From positions 1 to 39,034 of IMG/VR virus record IMGVR_UViG_3300032212_000065: DNA of 39,034 bases; one strand, written 5' to 3'. A model generated the notes under the pieces. The model ran no database searches. It was not told the origin of the DNA and saw only the letters and a list, made by a program, of their open reading frames with translations. Position 1 is the stretch's first letter. Each line of letters begins with the position of its first letter. Origin of the DNA: a virus. Taxonomy: Duplodnaviria > Caudoviricetes. Positions 1 through 7,790 of the stretch are shown in pieces. The translations under genes were made by a program, and so were the position numbers.

Positions 1-129
1 ATTAATCACCATAAAGCGTCATGAAAGAAGCTTGAAATTGTTTAATGGTTTGCCTGACATGAAAGGCTTTTCGATCTTCTTTATCGACCCATAACTCATG
101 ATCTTTTAACGACTCATATTCTAGATCTA
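1..129. repeat. Terminal direct repeat (circular-assembly overlap), copy 1
   Basis: 1-129 equals 38906-39034 except position 3 (T) versus 38908 (G); implies a circular or permuted unit of 38,905 bp. Confidence 0.95.
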
Positions 130-571
130 GATGGTAAGGCAGATCTTGTTTCTGCTCTTGCCATTGTTCATATTTGATTTGAGCAATGGGCCGGCCAAGC
201 TGCCCTGTGTGGTACTTTCGAGTCTCAGCTCGTTGAATCCGCTCCCAATTAATATCTTCGTGGTCTTCAGAAAACATGCGTTGCTGGCTTTTCTTAATAT
301 CCGAGAGGTCTCGATGCATAAACACGACTAAGGCATTTTTGTAGACATGGCATTGATCCGCCGCAAAGGGAGCCTGACACACCACTGAGCCCTTATAATC
401 ATTCATCCACCAATCAAGCAGTTGTAAGTCTTGACCAGGAAGCCAGCATTTCTCTTCGAGAGCCAGAAAGGACTGTGTATCGTGGGCAATCATGGTCGCC
501 GCAATCGTGGTTCCCGCTCGGTGAGGGCCGGTGACCAGTATTTTTTTATGGCTTTTTAGATGCTGAAACAT
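2..571 (-). CDS. Sulfotransferase-like P-loop protein, 5' part; continues across the junction at 38909..38787 (about 229 aa total)
   Basis: N-terminal ILVTGPHRAGTT resembles the 5'-PSB PAPS-binding loop; VVFMHRD resembles the 3'-PB motif; LEYESL is typical of the family; the TAA at 2-4 exists only through the one mismatched repeat base. Confidence 0.7.
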   Translation of the reverse strand: MFQHLKSHKKILVTGPHRAGTTIAATMIAHDTQSFLALEEKCWLPGQDLQLLDWWMNDYKGSVVCQAPFAADQCHVYKNALVVFMHRDLSDIKKSQQRMFSEDHEDINWERIQRAETRKYHTGQLGRPIAQIKYEQWQEQKQDLPYHLDLEYESLKDHELWVDKEDRKAFHVRQTIKQFQASFMTLYGD

Positions 572-755
572 AGTCTTGTAGGTCTTTTATTGCCTTGGCG
601 TTGCTTTTAGGTGAATCCCTGGATCCGCCTTTTCTTCGTGAGCCCTCAAAATTAGCCATCTCTTGTTCGGTAGGGCGGTGTATTTTCACAAATTCAATCA
701 AATTGTGACTATCGCGCATTTCCTTAAGGATGCGATCAGGAATATATTGCTTCAC
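546..755 (-). CDS. Hypothetical protein
   Basis: 69-aa ORF overlapping both neighbours in the late operon. Confidence 0.6.
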   Translation of the reverse strand: MKQYIPDRILKEMRDSHNLIEFVKIHRPTEQEMANFEGSRRKGGSRDSPKSNAKAIKDLQDYVSASKKP

Positions 756-1348
756 TGCCTACGGCAGACAGATACGCCCCTTAACGAATTAACCGTGACC
801 TCACGCCATTCATAAACCTTGGAAGTGGTTGAATAATCAGCGACTTTATTTCCGCAGGCCTGAGAGTGAGGGGCCCGAACTTCTTTGCCTGTTCCGTCTT
901 TAAGCTTAATCTTGACGCTGGGAAAGATATCAGTGATTTGATAGACGGGTCTGGTTAAGCTGGTTCGGTATTGGTCAACAATCCAAACCTCTTGCACAAC
1001 ATTAGCATCTGTTAATTTCTTGCAAACCGCCAGCTCTTCAGGCGTTCGCTCTCTCGGTGCAATTTGAGGCATCGCCCTCATTGCATATTGGCTAATTGAC
1101 TCTCCTGGCTGTTCTTTCGGCCAGGTATTGACATAATTGATGGTATTAAACCACTGACCCGCTAAGCAATACCATGTTCCGTCTGTCTGCTCCCATAGCA
1201 ACGCAGCAATATTCCCCTCGAACGCGAAGAAGGTCGTATCGAGTGATTGCGGTGGAGACGTATAAGGGGCCGCCCTTAAGGGTTCAGACATCACGAACAG
1301 AAACGCCATATACAGCAAAGCGATGTACATTAGGTATCTTGGCTTCAT
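752..1348 (-). CDS. Exported or membrane-anchored hypothetical protein, first gene of the late operon
   Basis: Basic N-terminus, hydrophobic stretch and signal-peptidase-like site (EPLRA-AP); four Cys; GAGG RBS. Confidence 0.7.
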   Translation of the reverse strand: MKPRYLMYIALLYMAFLFVMSEPLRAAPYTSPPQSLDTTFFAFEGNIAALLWEQTDGTWYCLAGQWFNTINYVNTWPKEQPGESISQYAMRAMPQIAPRERTPEELAVCKKLTDANVVQEVWIVDQYRTSLTRPVYQITDIFPSVKIKLKDGTGKEVRAPHSQACGNKVADYSTTSKVYEWREVTVNSLRGVSVCRRQ

Positions 1349-1359
1349 GAGAGCCTCAT

Positions 1360-1383
1360 AAAAAAACCGGCATGGAGGCCGGT
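1360..1383 (-). terminator. Intrinsic terminator (tR'-like) ahead of late genes
   Basis: Minus strand ACCGGC-ctccat-GCCGGT followed by T7. Confidence 0.85.
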
Positions 1384-1435
1384 ATAAATTGGGGGATGGA
1401 ACTTATTTTAGGGGGTGGAATTTAAATCTACAAAA

Positions 1436-1463
1436 ATCATAGCACATCTGTCCGAAATTACAA
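1436..1463 (-). promoter_or_regulatory. Late promoter (pR'-like)
   Basis: Minus strand TTGTAA-N16-TATGAT with extended -10 (TGc); directly after the Q-like gene and upstream of a terminator. Confidence 0.65.
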
Positions 1464-1799
1464 AAGGTTTAACAAGGCATCTTCGGCGTCTTTGATTCGA
1501 TGCGGGGCCATTGATTTGCTAAAGCCAAACTCTTCGGCCATTCGCCTATAAGTATATTTTAATACTCTATGTGAAACGATGATATTGGATAGGGTGGTCG
1601 GGAGAGTGTTGATAGCATTGTTTAACTCGGCCAGTTCGGGGCGTGACCAACTATCTTTGACCAGGATACCTCCGAACATTCTCGATCCGGTTCCAATGCG
1701 GGTAGTGGTGTCACTGGATGGGTAGGCGCTTTCTTCAATCTGTTGGGTTATTTCAAATACCCAATCCCGGAGTAGCCAGTTTAGTTTCATTTTCGTCAT
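1458..1799 (-). CDS. Antitermination protein Q-like late regulator with sigma-70 region-4-like HTH
   Basis: LLRDW..AYPS N-terminus and C-terminal HTH (TYRRMAEEFGFSKSMAPHRIKDAE); last early gene before promoter plus terminator; start placed at MTKMK (1799), coupled to the upstream stop. Confidence 0.7.
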   Translation of the reverse strand: MTKMKLNWLLRDWVFEITQQIEESAYPSSDTTTRIGTGSRMFGGILVKDSWSRPELAELNNAINTLPTTLSNIIVSHRVLKYTYRRMAEEFGFSKSMAPHRIKDAEDALLNLL

Positions 1800-1971
1800 T
1801 CTGGCGGGTGCTCGCCACAAAAGGGACACTTAATCTCAATATGGCATCGGATCTTTTGTAATCCTGTTTTACCGTTTAGGTCGGGGTGCTTTTTGCAATG
1901 ATGGACCCAGGTATAAGTGTCAATTCGGTAGACCGGGCGCTTAAATCGATGCTCTGCGTGAATAACTTCCA

Positions 1972-2157
1972 TCAATTCACCCTCTCGCTGATCTCAACCT
2001 CTTCGATTTCCAGCACATTAATATCCGCTAATAAACTAATTAAGGCGTCGAAGTTGTCACGTAATTCGTCTATTTGCTTCGAGGTCTGCTGGGTTAGTTC
2101 GAGTTGTTCTTGGCCCTGCTGCTTTATTAGTTCGATATCCAGAGATAGATCGCTCAT
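1972..2157 (-). CDS. Small acidic coiled-coil hypothetical protein
   Basis: 61-aa ORF in the coupled operon. Confidence 0.6.
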   Translation of the reverse strand: MSDLSLDIELIKQQGQEQLELTQQTSKQIDELRDNFDALISLLADINVLEIEEVEISERVN

Positions 2158-2330
2158 CGCATGATCACCTTTCCGGCGGTAAACCGATGAATGGCGCGGT
2201 AAAACAAAACACCAAGCAGGATACCTGACATTAATCCCAGGCTAACCCTAATGGATAAACCCATAATCAGACCGCTCTTATAGCCCATTTCTACTAGTGT
2301 AGCAAAATGTTCAGATAATGATTGTTCCAC
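2154..2330 (-). CDS. Small membrane protein (58 aa, MEQSLSEHF...)
   Basis: AGGAGG-6nt-GTG start, hydrophobic segment, stop overlaps the next ATG; below the ORF-track cut-off. Confidence 0.55.
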   Translation of the reverse strand: MEQSLSEHFATLVEMGYKSGLIMGLSIRVSLGLMSGILLGVLFYRAIHRFTAGKVIMR

Positions 2331-2338
2331 GTGGAACC
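2323..2338. promoter_or_regulatory. parS-type palindrome, site 1
   Basis: TGTTCCACGTGGAACC matches the bacterial chromosomal parS consensus TGTTNCACGTGNAACA at 15/16. Confidence 0.65.
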
Positions 2339-2351
2339 TCCTGTTTGTTGG

Positions 2352-2591
2352 TCATCGATTTGCTCTGCGGGCCTTTTTCTGGGCTTTGCGTTTTTTCTTC
2401 CTCTCCACTGCTGCCCATCTAGAAAGCTTACCACCAGAATGCTTACTTACTGAGACCGAGCCTCTGCCGTTCAGCTTCCTTTCAGCCGCACTTTGCAATT
2501 CAGGAGGAATAGGGGTAAATTTTTGCTTTTCTAGCTCATTCATTTGAGAAAAAGTTTTAGCGCTTACTAGTTCATTGTCATCAATATTCAT
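2352..2591 (-). CDS. Hypothetical protein with basic C-terminus
   Basis: 79-aa ORF in operon. Confidence 0.65.
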   Translation of the reverse strand: MNIDDNELVSAKTFSQMNELEKQKFTPIPPELQSAAERKLNGRGSVSVSKHSGGKLSRWAAVERKKKRKAQKKARRANR

Positions 2592-2594
2592 TGC

Positions 2595-2837
2595 TTATCC
2601 TTTATAGTCATGGGCTGGGATATCTGGCATTTCTGATTTCCATAGCTCTATTAAATGTTCCATTTGCTCAATGGCATACTTGCGTTCAACAGACCCAATA
2701 TAAGAGGCTCGTTCAGGTGTATATACAATTAATGTAAACCCCACTCGCTCACCAGAAGCGTTTTCTATCATTGAATCTAGTTTTTTAGCTATATTGTTTA
2801 GCTCTTTGCTTAAGTTAATTGTTGCATTGTTAGTCAT
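2595..2837 (-). CDS. Hypothetical phage protein
   Basis: Likely start MTNNAT after a GGAGG RBS; GFTLIVY..SYIGSVER motif seen in small phage proteins. Confidence 0.65.
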   Translation of the reverse strand: MTNNATINLSKELNNIAKKLDSMIENASGERVGFTLIVYTPERASYIGSVERKYAIEQMEHLIELWKSEMPDIPAHDYKG

Positions 2838-3243
2838 CACTAACCTCCAATATTTGCTGTAAGTCTTCATAGGCCTGTTTATAGTCAGGTTTTTCTATCT
2901 TATATTTATTCTCACAACACCATTCCCATCGTTCGGGGTAATGCTCCTGTAGCCATTCAGCAAACGCCAACGGCGCCCCATGTGCAGATAGCTTATTGTC
3001 AAACTTATGATGCTTAGAGCAAAGCTTAACCCCGTTTCGGGGGTCATGGCGCGTCGCCTTGTTGGCTCTAGATATCAGGTGGTGCGCCTCCATCGGGCCT
3101 GAGCATCCGTCATTTATAATGCAATAGCCATACTCTTTATGGATAAATTTTCTCCATAAGTCATCGGCTTTTTTCTCCCAATATTTAGACCTGGGGTTGT
3201 CTTTTTTCTTCTGAAGCTTTGATTTCTTTTTACGCTTAGTCAT
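2830..3243 (-). CDS. NinG/Rap-like HNH-family nuclease
   Basis: C..C, EAHH, RHDPRNGVKLCSKHH motifs; nin-like position before the Q-like gene; likely start MTKRKKK. Confidence 0.7.
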   Translation of the reverse strand: MTKRKKKSKLQKKKDNPRSKYWEKKADDLWRKFIHKEYGYCIINDGCSGPMEAHHLISRANKATRHDPRNGVKLCSKHHKFDNKLSAHGAPLAFAEWLQEHYPERWEWCCENKYKIEKPDYKQAYEDLQQILEVSDD

Positions 3244-3555
3244 AAGTTGCTTTCGAGTATTTATCTCTAATAAAATCAGCAAACAATCGCCTCTCTTCTG
3301 TTCCTGGTGGCAAAATAGACATGCTCCATTTCATAAATGTCTCGGCTATTATAAATCTAATTTGTTTTATCATTTCACCACCTTTAATAGTTTTCTATCT
3401 ATCTGAATCTGCCTATCTCGTATATCCTGAACTACCTTGTCTACCAAATACTGTGCAATGGTTAAGGCCTTAAGCGCGTTGTTAAGGTCTTTGAATTGAT
3501 CTCAACACCAGGGCCATATCTGGTCTCGCCTTTACCTCTTGTGATATTCATTCGC

Positions 3556-3876
3556 TCATCGCCCTAACTGCCGCTCAGTCGATTCTTTCGTTCTTATGTT
3601 GTCCTGATAGCGGTTCATTTGCTCGTACTTGAGCTTCTCGATTAAGGCGTCCCTGCGGGCCTGTCGTCGTTTCTGAGCGGCTTCTTTCCAGCGCTCGTCA
3701 TTCTTAGCCAGTTTGTTAATAATGCTTACAGGCTTGCCGTCGGCCTTTAGCTCGGCAGTTATCACGCCTTCTAAGGTGTCAAGCGCGTCATCCAGTAAAC
3801 CAGAGGCGTAATCCGCATCGGCCCAATTCTCAGCTTGAGCCATGGCTTTATTGTATAATTCGGTTGGATCAATCAT
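3556..3876 (-). CDS. Helical hypothetical phage protein
   Basis: Likely start MIDPTEL overlapping the upstream stop; predicted long helices. Confidence 0.65.
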   Translation of the reverse strand: MIDPTELYNKAMAQAENWADADYASGLLDDALDTLEGVITAELKADGKPVSIINKLAKNDERWKEAAQKRRQARRDALIEKLKYEQMNRYQDNIRTKESTERQLGR

Positions 3877-4087
3877 CGAACAATCTCTGCTGCTTGGTCT
3901 CGTAAACATGGTAGACCTTGCGCTTAACTCGGACCTTTTTGACTTCGTTAATCAGTCCACCCTCAACCAGTTTGCTCAAGTGATAACGGGTATCTTCAAT
4001 CGATAACCCGGTGTAACTCGATAGCTCATGATCGTTATGAATCTTATTCGGATTCAACGCGGTATAGACTCTATTTCTGGTTTCCAT
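3869..4087 (-). CDS. Winged-helix DNA-binding protein
   Basis: ELSSYTGLSIEDTRYHLSKLVEGGLI is a wHTH pattern; AGGAG RBS. Confidence 0.65.
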   Translation of the reverse strand: METRNRVYTALNPNKIHNDHELSSYTGLSIEDTRYHLSKLVEGGLINEVKKVRVKRKVYHVYETKQQRLFDD

Positions 4088-4236
4088 CGATTTTACTCCT
4101 AAACTTTTTAATCCGGTTTAGCTCTCGTTCTGCTTTCCATTTCTCTTTAAACGCATAGTGTCTGTTTACAAATTCTTTCTGGTATTTAATAAACCATCCC
4201 AACCTAGTTTTGAGTTTGCTTTTCTCAAGCTTGTAA

Positions 4237-4413
4237 TCACTCAACCCGCTTAACCTCTATGCCGCCCCCTACTGCCCTGGCAATCAACCGGCCTGGGTGG
4301 GTTCGGTTGTATCGGTAAACTGCTTTTCTAACCAGATTCTGGGCCTTAAGTAGAATGACGCGGTACAGTAAAACATCACCCACTTCCATGAACTTGAAAT
4401 TATATTTAGTCAT
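4237..4413 (-). CDS. Small basic putative DNA-binding protein (58 aa, MTKYNFKFMEVGD...GGGIEVKRVE)
   Basis: Intact ORF read by hand; KYxF..MEVGD...GI.V.RV pattern recurs in phages; coupled to neighbours. Confidence 0.6.
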   Translation of the reverse strand: MTKYNFKFMEVGDVLLYRVILLKAQNLVRKAVYRYNRTHPGRLIARAVGGGIEVKRVE

Positions 4414-4699
4414 CTTCTATCGCCGCCTCAATCCTTGCCAGAGCTACGGCTTTGTAGGGGTCTTTGTCTTCCGCTAAAAGTTCAAGACTTATACTGTTTA
4501 GTATTCTTAAGGGGGTTGAGCCATAAAACGCGCACCCATTGCCCAGCAACCAAATAACATTCTCTGCGAAGATGGCTGGATGGTGATAATCAAAGACATT
4601 GGTAGATACTTCGCTTCGTGCAATAACAGTGTTATTAACTAGTTCTACCTTATAACCCAAAATCCTAGCCAGCTTTTCGTTAATCTCTTGATCAGTCAT
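4406..4699 (-). CDS. Hypothetical protein, NinX-like pattern
   Basis: MTDQEINEKLARILG start and P..AVALA end resemble the NinX/DUF2591-like pattern. Confidence 0.55.
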   Translation of the reverse strand: MTDQEINEKLARILGYKVELVNNTVIARSEVSTNVFDYHHPAIFAENVIWLLGNGCAFYGSTPLRILNSISLELLAEDKDPYKAVALARIEAAIEDD

Positions 4700-4862
4700 T
4701 AGTATTTACCTCTATCGCCGCCTTTATAACCGCATCTTTTATAGCTTCCGCTAATGATAAGATGTGTTTGGTTGCCTCACCCTTTAATGGTTTGCTATTT
4801 CCAGCTAAATCCCATTCATTTATGACGACCTCGCCAGCCTGGATATCGATGGTCATGCTCAT
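4692..4862 (-). CDS. Hypothetical protein
   Basis: GGAGG RBS before MSMTIDI. Confidence 0.55.
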   Translation of the reverse strand: MSMTIDIQAGEVVINEWDLAGNSKPLKGEATKHILSLAEAIKDAVIKAAIEVNTND

Positions 4863-5028
4863 CGCCACACCTCCAACCCACACCCAATCACTCTAAAATG
4901 AATCTGGGCCTTATGGGTCATGTTGTAGTCTCGTATTCGTTTCTTAGCTTTGGCTAAGGTCTTGAGCTTTTGACATTGATAGATGTCTCGCTCGCCTTGT
5001 TTTAGGTTTAAGTTAAGTGCTCCGGGCA

Positions 5029-5232
5029 TTATTTCCACCTCGCTTCAATCTCTTCTGCTGTGGGTCGGCCCTCGTCTGAGGGGTCTCCGGTGTAAAGCTT
5101 GGTATGGCCGCCTCCGGGCTTGGGTCTGATTTGCATGGCAGAGGACTTCTCAAGCTTTTCAAGCCGGGATTCGAGGTCTCTGAGCTTCTCAAGCTCGGAT
5201 ATCACGTAGCTCCATTTCTCTTCGGAGGTCAA
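5029..5232 (-). CDS. Hypothetical protein
   Basis: 67-aa ORF abutting the upstream gene. Confidence 0.55.
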   Translation of the reverse strand: MTSEEKWSYVISELEKLRDLESRLEKLEKSSAMQIRPKPGGGHTKLYTGDPSDEGRPTAEEIEARWK

Positions 5233-5454
5233 TTATCTATCCTCTTGGGTGGGTGGCTCTGGAAACATCCAGTGAGATACTTCATGCTCATACCATTTCA
5301 TCGGTTCGTTCTGACCATCAGTAACCTCGTCAATCCATAGCTCCTGATCATAACTATATGAGCCAGTCGCAAAAGACTCAATTTCATGGAGCCAGAAAAG
5401 AACCCGCTCATGCTTAGGAGGTTTGTCGTTTTCTGTTGATATCCAATTACTCAT
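5233..5454 (-). CDS. DUF551-family protein
   Basis: MSNWIS..DKPP...VL and VSHWMFPEPP signature. Confidence 0.85.
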   Translation of the reverse strand: MSNWISTENDKPPKHERVLFWLHEIESFATGSYSYDQELWIDEVTDGQNEPMKWYEHEVSHWMFPEPPTQEDR

Positions 5455-5466
5455 AGTCTTCTCCTG

Positions 5467-5925
5467 TCAGAAATCAGCGAGCGTCACGACTGACATTTTC
5501 AGATTACGAATCTTGGCTGGTTCAAGGTATTCAGTTCGTTCTTTTATTTTTTTATCGACAATCTTTTCCCGTTTCTCGTTATGGGCCGCCAGTAATTCTT
5601 TTACGGGAATTTCAAAGAACAATTCTTCATCGGTTAAGTCGGTTAAATGCACTTCACCCTGATACAAAATGGCATCAGTCAAAGGCACTTGCTCGTTAGG
5701 GTCTACAATAAATACTTGAATTAATCGTCTTTTGCTCATGGTGTTATTCTCCGATTGTTTGCTGGCTTGCGCCTTAGTCATGCTGTTAATAATTTCGTTT
5801 ACTCTATTCATCTCCATATCATCTTGTTTGTATATGGCGTTAGTCGTTAAGCCCGTTAACATGCTTGTCGTCTTCGTGGCCGTCCCATACGTCGAGCCGA
5901 TAATGTCCGGTAAATCGGTATTCAT
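5467..5925 (-). CDS. Hypothetical phage protein
   Basis: CAGGAG RBS before MNTDLP; folded-looking C-terminal half (RRLIQVFIVDP...). Confidence 0.7.
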   Translation of the reverse strand: MNTDLPDIIGSTYGTATKTTSMLTGLTTNAIYKQDDMEMNRVNEIINSMTKAQASKQSENNTMSKRRLIQVFIVDPNEQVPLTDAILYQGEVHLTDLTDEELFFEIPVKELLAAHNEKREKIVDKKIKERTEYLEPAKIRNLKMSVVTLADF

Positions 5926-6083
5926 TTCTATTCTCCTGTTAATTACCTTTGCCTGCCTTCTTTTGGCACTTTCTGTCTGCCTGACCAAAATCTAAGCCTT
6001 TTTTCAAGTAGCGCTCTATACACTTCCTTTGCCTTAAAGATTCAAGTCGTCTGTACTCAAGCAATTGTATTAGCTTCATACCA

Positions 6084-6281
6084 CTACTCCTGTTTATCTG
6101 CTCTACAGTTCCAAGCCTTGACAGCCTTCTCTTTGCTGAGAAATTCGACTACATGGCCTTGCCTCATACAACATGAATCTGTTATGCATCTGACAACATA
6201 GAAATGAGGCGCATATAGCTTAAGGTCTAATAGTTTTGCCTCACCGCCACAAAATGGACACGCCTCAAGTTTCTCATTCAT
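6084..6281 (-). CDS. lar: Restriction alleviation protein, Lar family
   Basis: LEACPFCGGEA...VRC...C...EKAVKAWN.R signature. Confidence 0.85.
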   Translation of the reverse strand: MNEKLEACPFCGGEAKLLDLKLYAPHFYVVRCITDSCCMRQGHVVEFLSKEKAVKAWNCRADKQE

Positions 6282-6474
6282 ACCTTACCCCTTATCTTGT
6301 CAGTCATGGTTTATATATCCTCTCGTCTTTTATCCAACCACTCCCAATATTTTGCGGCTAAATTCCAAGCCTCCGTAGTTAAATCAAGTAAAATATCTGG
6401 TAAGTCCATTTGATGGTTATCAATCTCAATAATGATATCTAGAACATTTTCTGCAAAGTGTAATTTAAGGTCTT

Positions 6475-6759
6475 TCATTCTGCTTTACCCTTCTTGTCCT
6501 GTGGGGTGTCGTCCTCTAACTCACCCGTATAACCCATAACATCGTATTCAAAATCTGAGTCGTTATCGTTGTAGACGGTTATCCTTATTTGTCCTTCCGG
6601 CCCAGGAAAACATTGAAAGTGTACTTTTCTTTCAGAGAGCATCATGGATAAAAACCTCGCGGCCTCAATGGTTTTGTCATCAAATGCCACCCCCTTGCCG
6701 TAATTCCAGCCATTTTCATATTGCTCAAACTCATCAAGCCTTTGAAATGGTGACAACAT
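6475..6759 (-). CDS. Hypothetical protein
   Basis: AGGAGG RBS, 94 aa. Confidence 0.7.
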   Translation of the reverse strand: MLSPFQRLDEFEQYENGWNYGKGVAFDDKTIEAARFLSMMLSERKVHFQCFPGPEGQIRITVYNDNDSDFEYDVMGYTGELEDDTPQDKKGKAE

Positions 6760-6773
6760 ACAACCTCCTTTAA

Positions 6774-7001
6774 CTATTCCGCTTTGTGTTTGTTTGGTGC
6801 CAACATTCCCTTACACGTATGCGTTGTGCCTGTCAGGGTTAAATATTTATCTCGGGATTCATATCGATAAACCCGTTTTCCACAAAAGGGGCAATCGGCT
6901 TCGTGGATTAGTTGGTCTTCGGTAAGGTTTCGGACGTATCGCTTCATTTCACCAGTGCGTAAGGCTCTACGATCTTCTTTGGTTGGGTTCCATAATTTCA
7001 T
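6774..7001 (-). CDS. Small zinc-finger protein
   Basis: CPFC...HTC motif; GGAG RBS. Confidence 0.65.
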   Translation of the reverse strand: MKLWNPTKEDRRALRTGEMKRYVRNLTEDQLIHEADCPFCGKRVYRYESRDKYLTLTGTTHTCKGMLAPNKHKAE

Positions 7002-7019
7002 CTCTAATACTCCGGTTTA

Positions 7020-7310
7020 CAGTTAGATCTCTCCCAAGGGTGGAGACCTTGCCTTTTTGCGAGGCTCTCCTGGTACCCATACCCATACAACCTTATAGGG
7101 GGTTGTACTGATATCCGCAGAACGGCGTTAACGTATCCACTTCGGGCCTTGTGTCTGCCTCCCGGCATTCCACCTTTAAACCTTCCACTTTTGCACCTTA
7201 GTAACGCGCTAGGTGCGTCAACCTCATCCTGTAGGGTGTGACGGCATGAGACTGTTTTTGTCGCCACGCAATAACCCTGCCGTTGGGAAGACCCGTTGGG
7301 GCGACATATA
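7020..7310. other. Hairpin-dense non-coding block (candidate structured RNA or origin)
   Basis: At least seven stem-loops visible by eye; no credible CDS. Confidence 0.45.
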
Positions 7311-7411
7311 AGTAAATAGTTATGGAATAAGGTTTTTGAATAAGCTACTATCAGCCCATACGGTCGCACGTATACAATAACCACCCCCGCATGAAGATGC
7401 AAGTGGTAAAT

Positions 7412-7442
7412 AGCCCCGGCTCTCTGTCGGGGCTTCTTATTT
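7412..7442 (+). terminator. Intrinsic terminator, probably plus strand, possibly bidirectional
   Basis: AGCCCCGGC-tctct-GTCGGGGCT then TCTTATTT; the G-U pair favours the plus strand. Confidence 0.7.
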
Positions 7443-7492
7443 GCGCTATAATTAAATCTAGTACTAACCAGACACCAGATAGGAGATATATT

Positions 7493-7747
7493 ATGTTTAC
7501 CGTTAAGAACTTCTCGGATAAAGGAACTCGTTTCGTTTATGCCTGCGATCATTATCATGTAACCCCGCCTAATCAACCTGTGGCCGCTGGCGATCCATCG
7601 CCCTATTACTGGATCCATCTTTTTAATAAGCCTGATGGAGACCTCCCGAACGCTAGCCACCAAAACATTGCTGTTGATAACGTCGCCTATATCGAAAATG
7701 CCAACGGGCATACGGTCGATGTCATTCGGCACCATGAAGTAGTTTGA
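7493..7747 (+). CDS. Moron-like hypothetical protein (84 aa, MFTVKNFS...)
   Basis: AGGAGA RBS at 7481, TATAAT at 7447, own terminator; opposite to the surrounding operon. Confidence 0.75.
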   Translation: MFTVKNFSDKGTRFVYACDHYHVTPPNQPVAAGDPSPYYWIHLFNKPDGDLPNASHQNIAVDNVAYIENANGHTVDVIRHHEVV

Positions 7748-7756
7748 ATTAATATA

Positions 7757-7790
7757 GGCCCTCATTTCTTGGGGGCCTTCTTAATTTCAT
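7757..7790 (+). terminator. Intrinsic terminator after the moron gene
   Basis: GGCCCTCA-tttct-TGGGGGCC followed by TTCTTAATTT. Confidence 0.6.

Noticed and set aside
1-129. T7-like physical terminal repeat
   Set aside because: The repeat falls mid-gene, its length is like an assembler overlap, and P22-like packaging genes suggest circular permutation; not provable without reads
4237-4413. Apparent frameshift in the MEVGD-type small gene
   Set aside because: Codon-by-codon re-reading gives an intact 58-aa ORF
7004-7765. 253-aa minus-strand ORF from the track
   Set aside because: Runs antisense through the well-signalled 7493-7747 gene, a terminator and the hairpin block; no RBS or protein-like motifs
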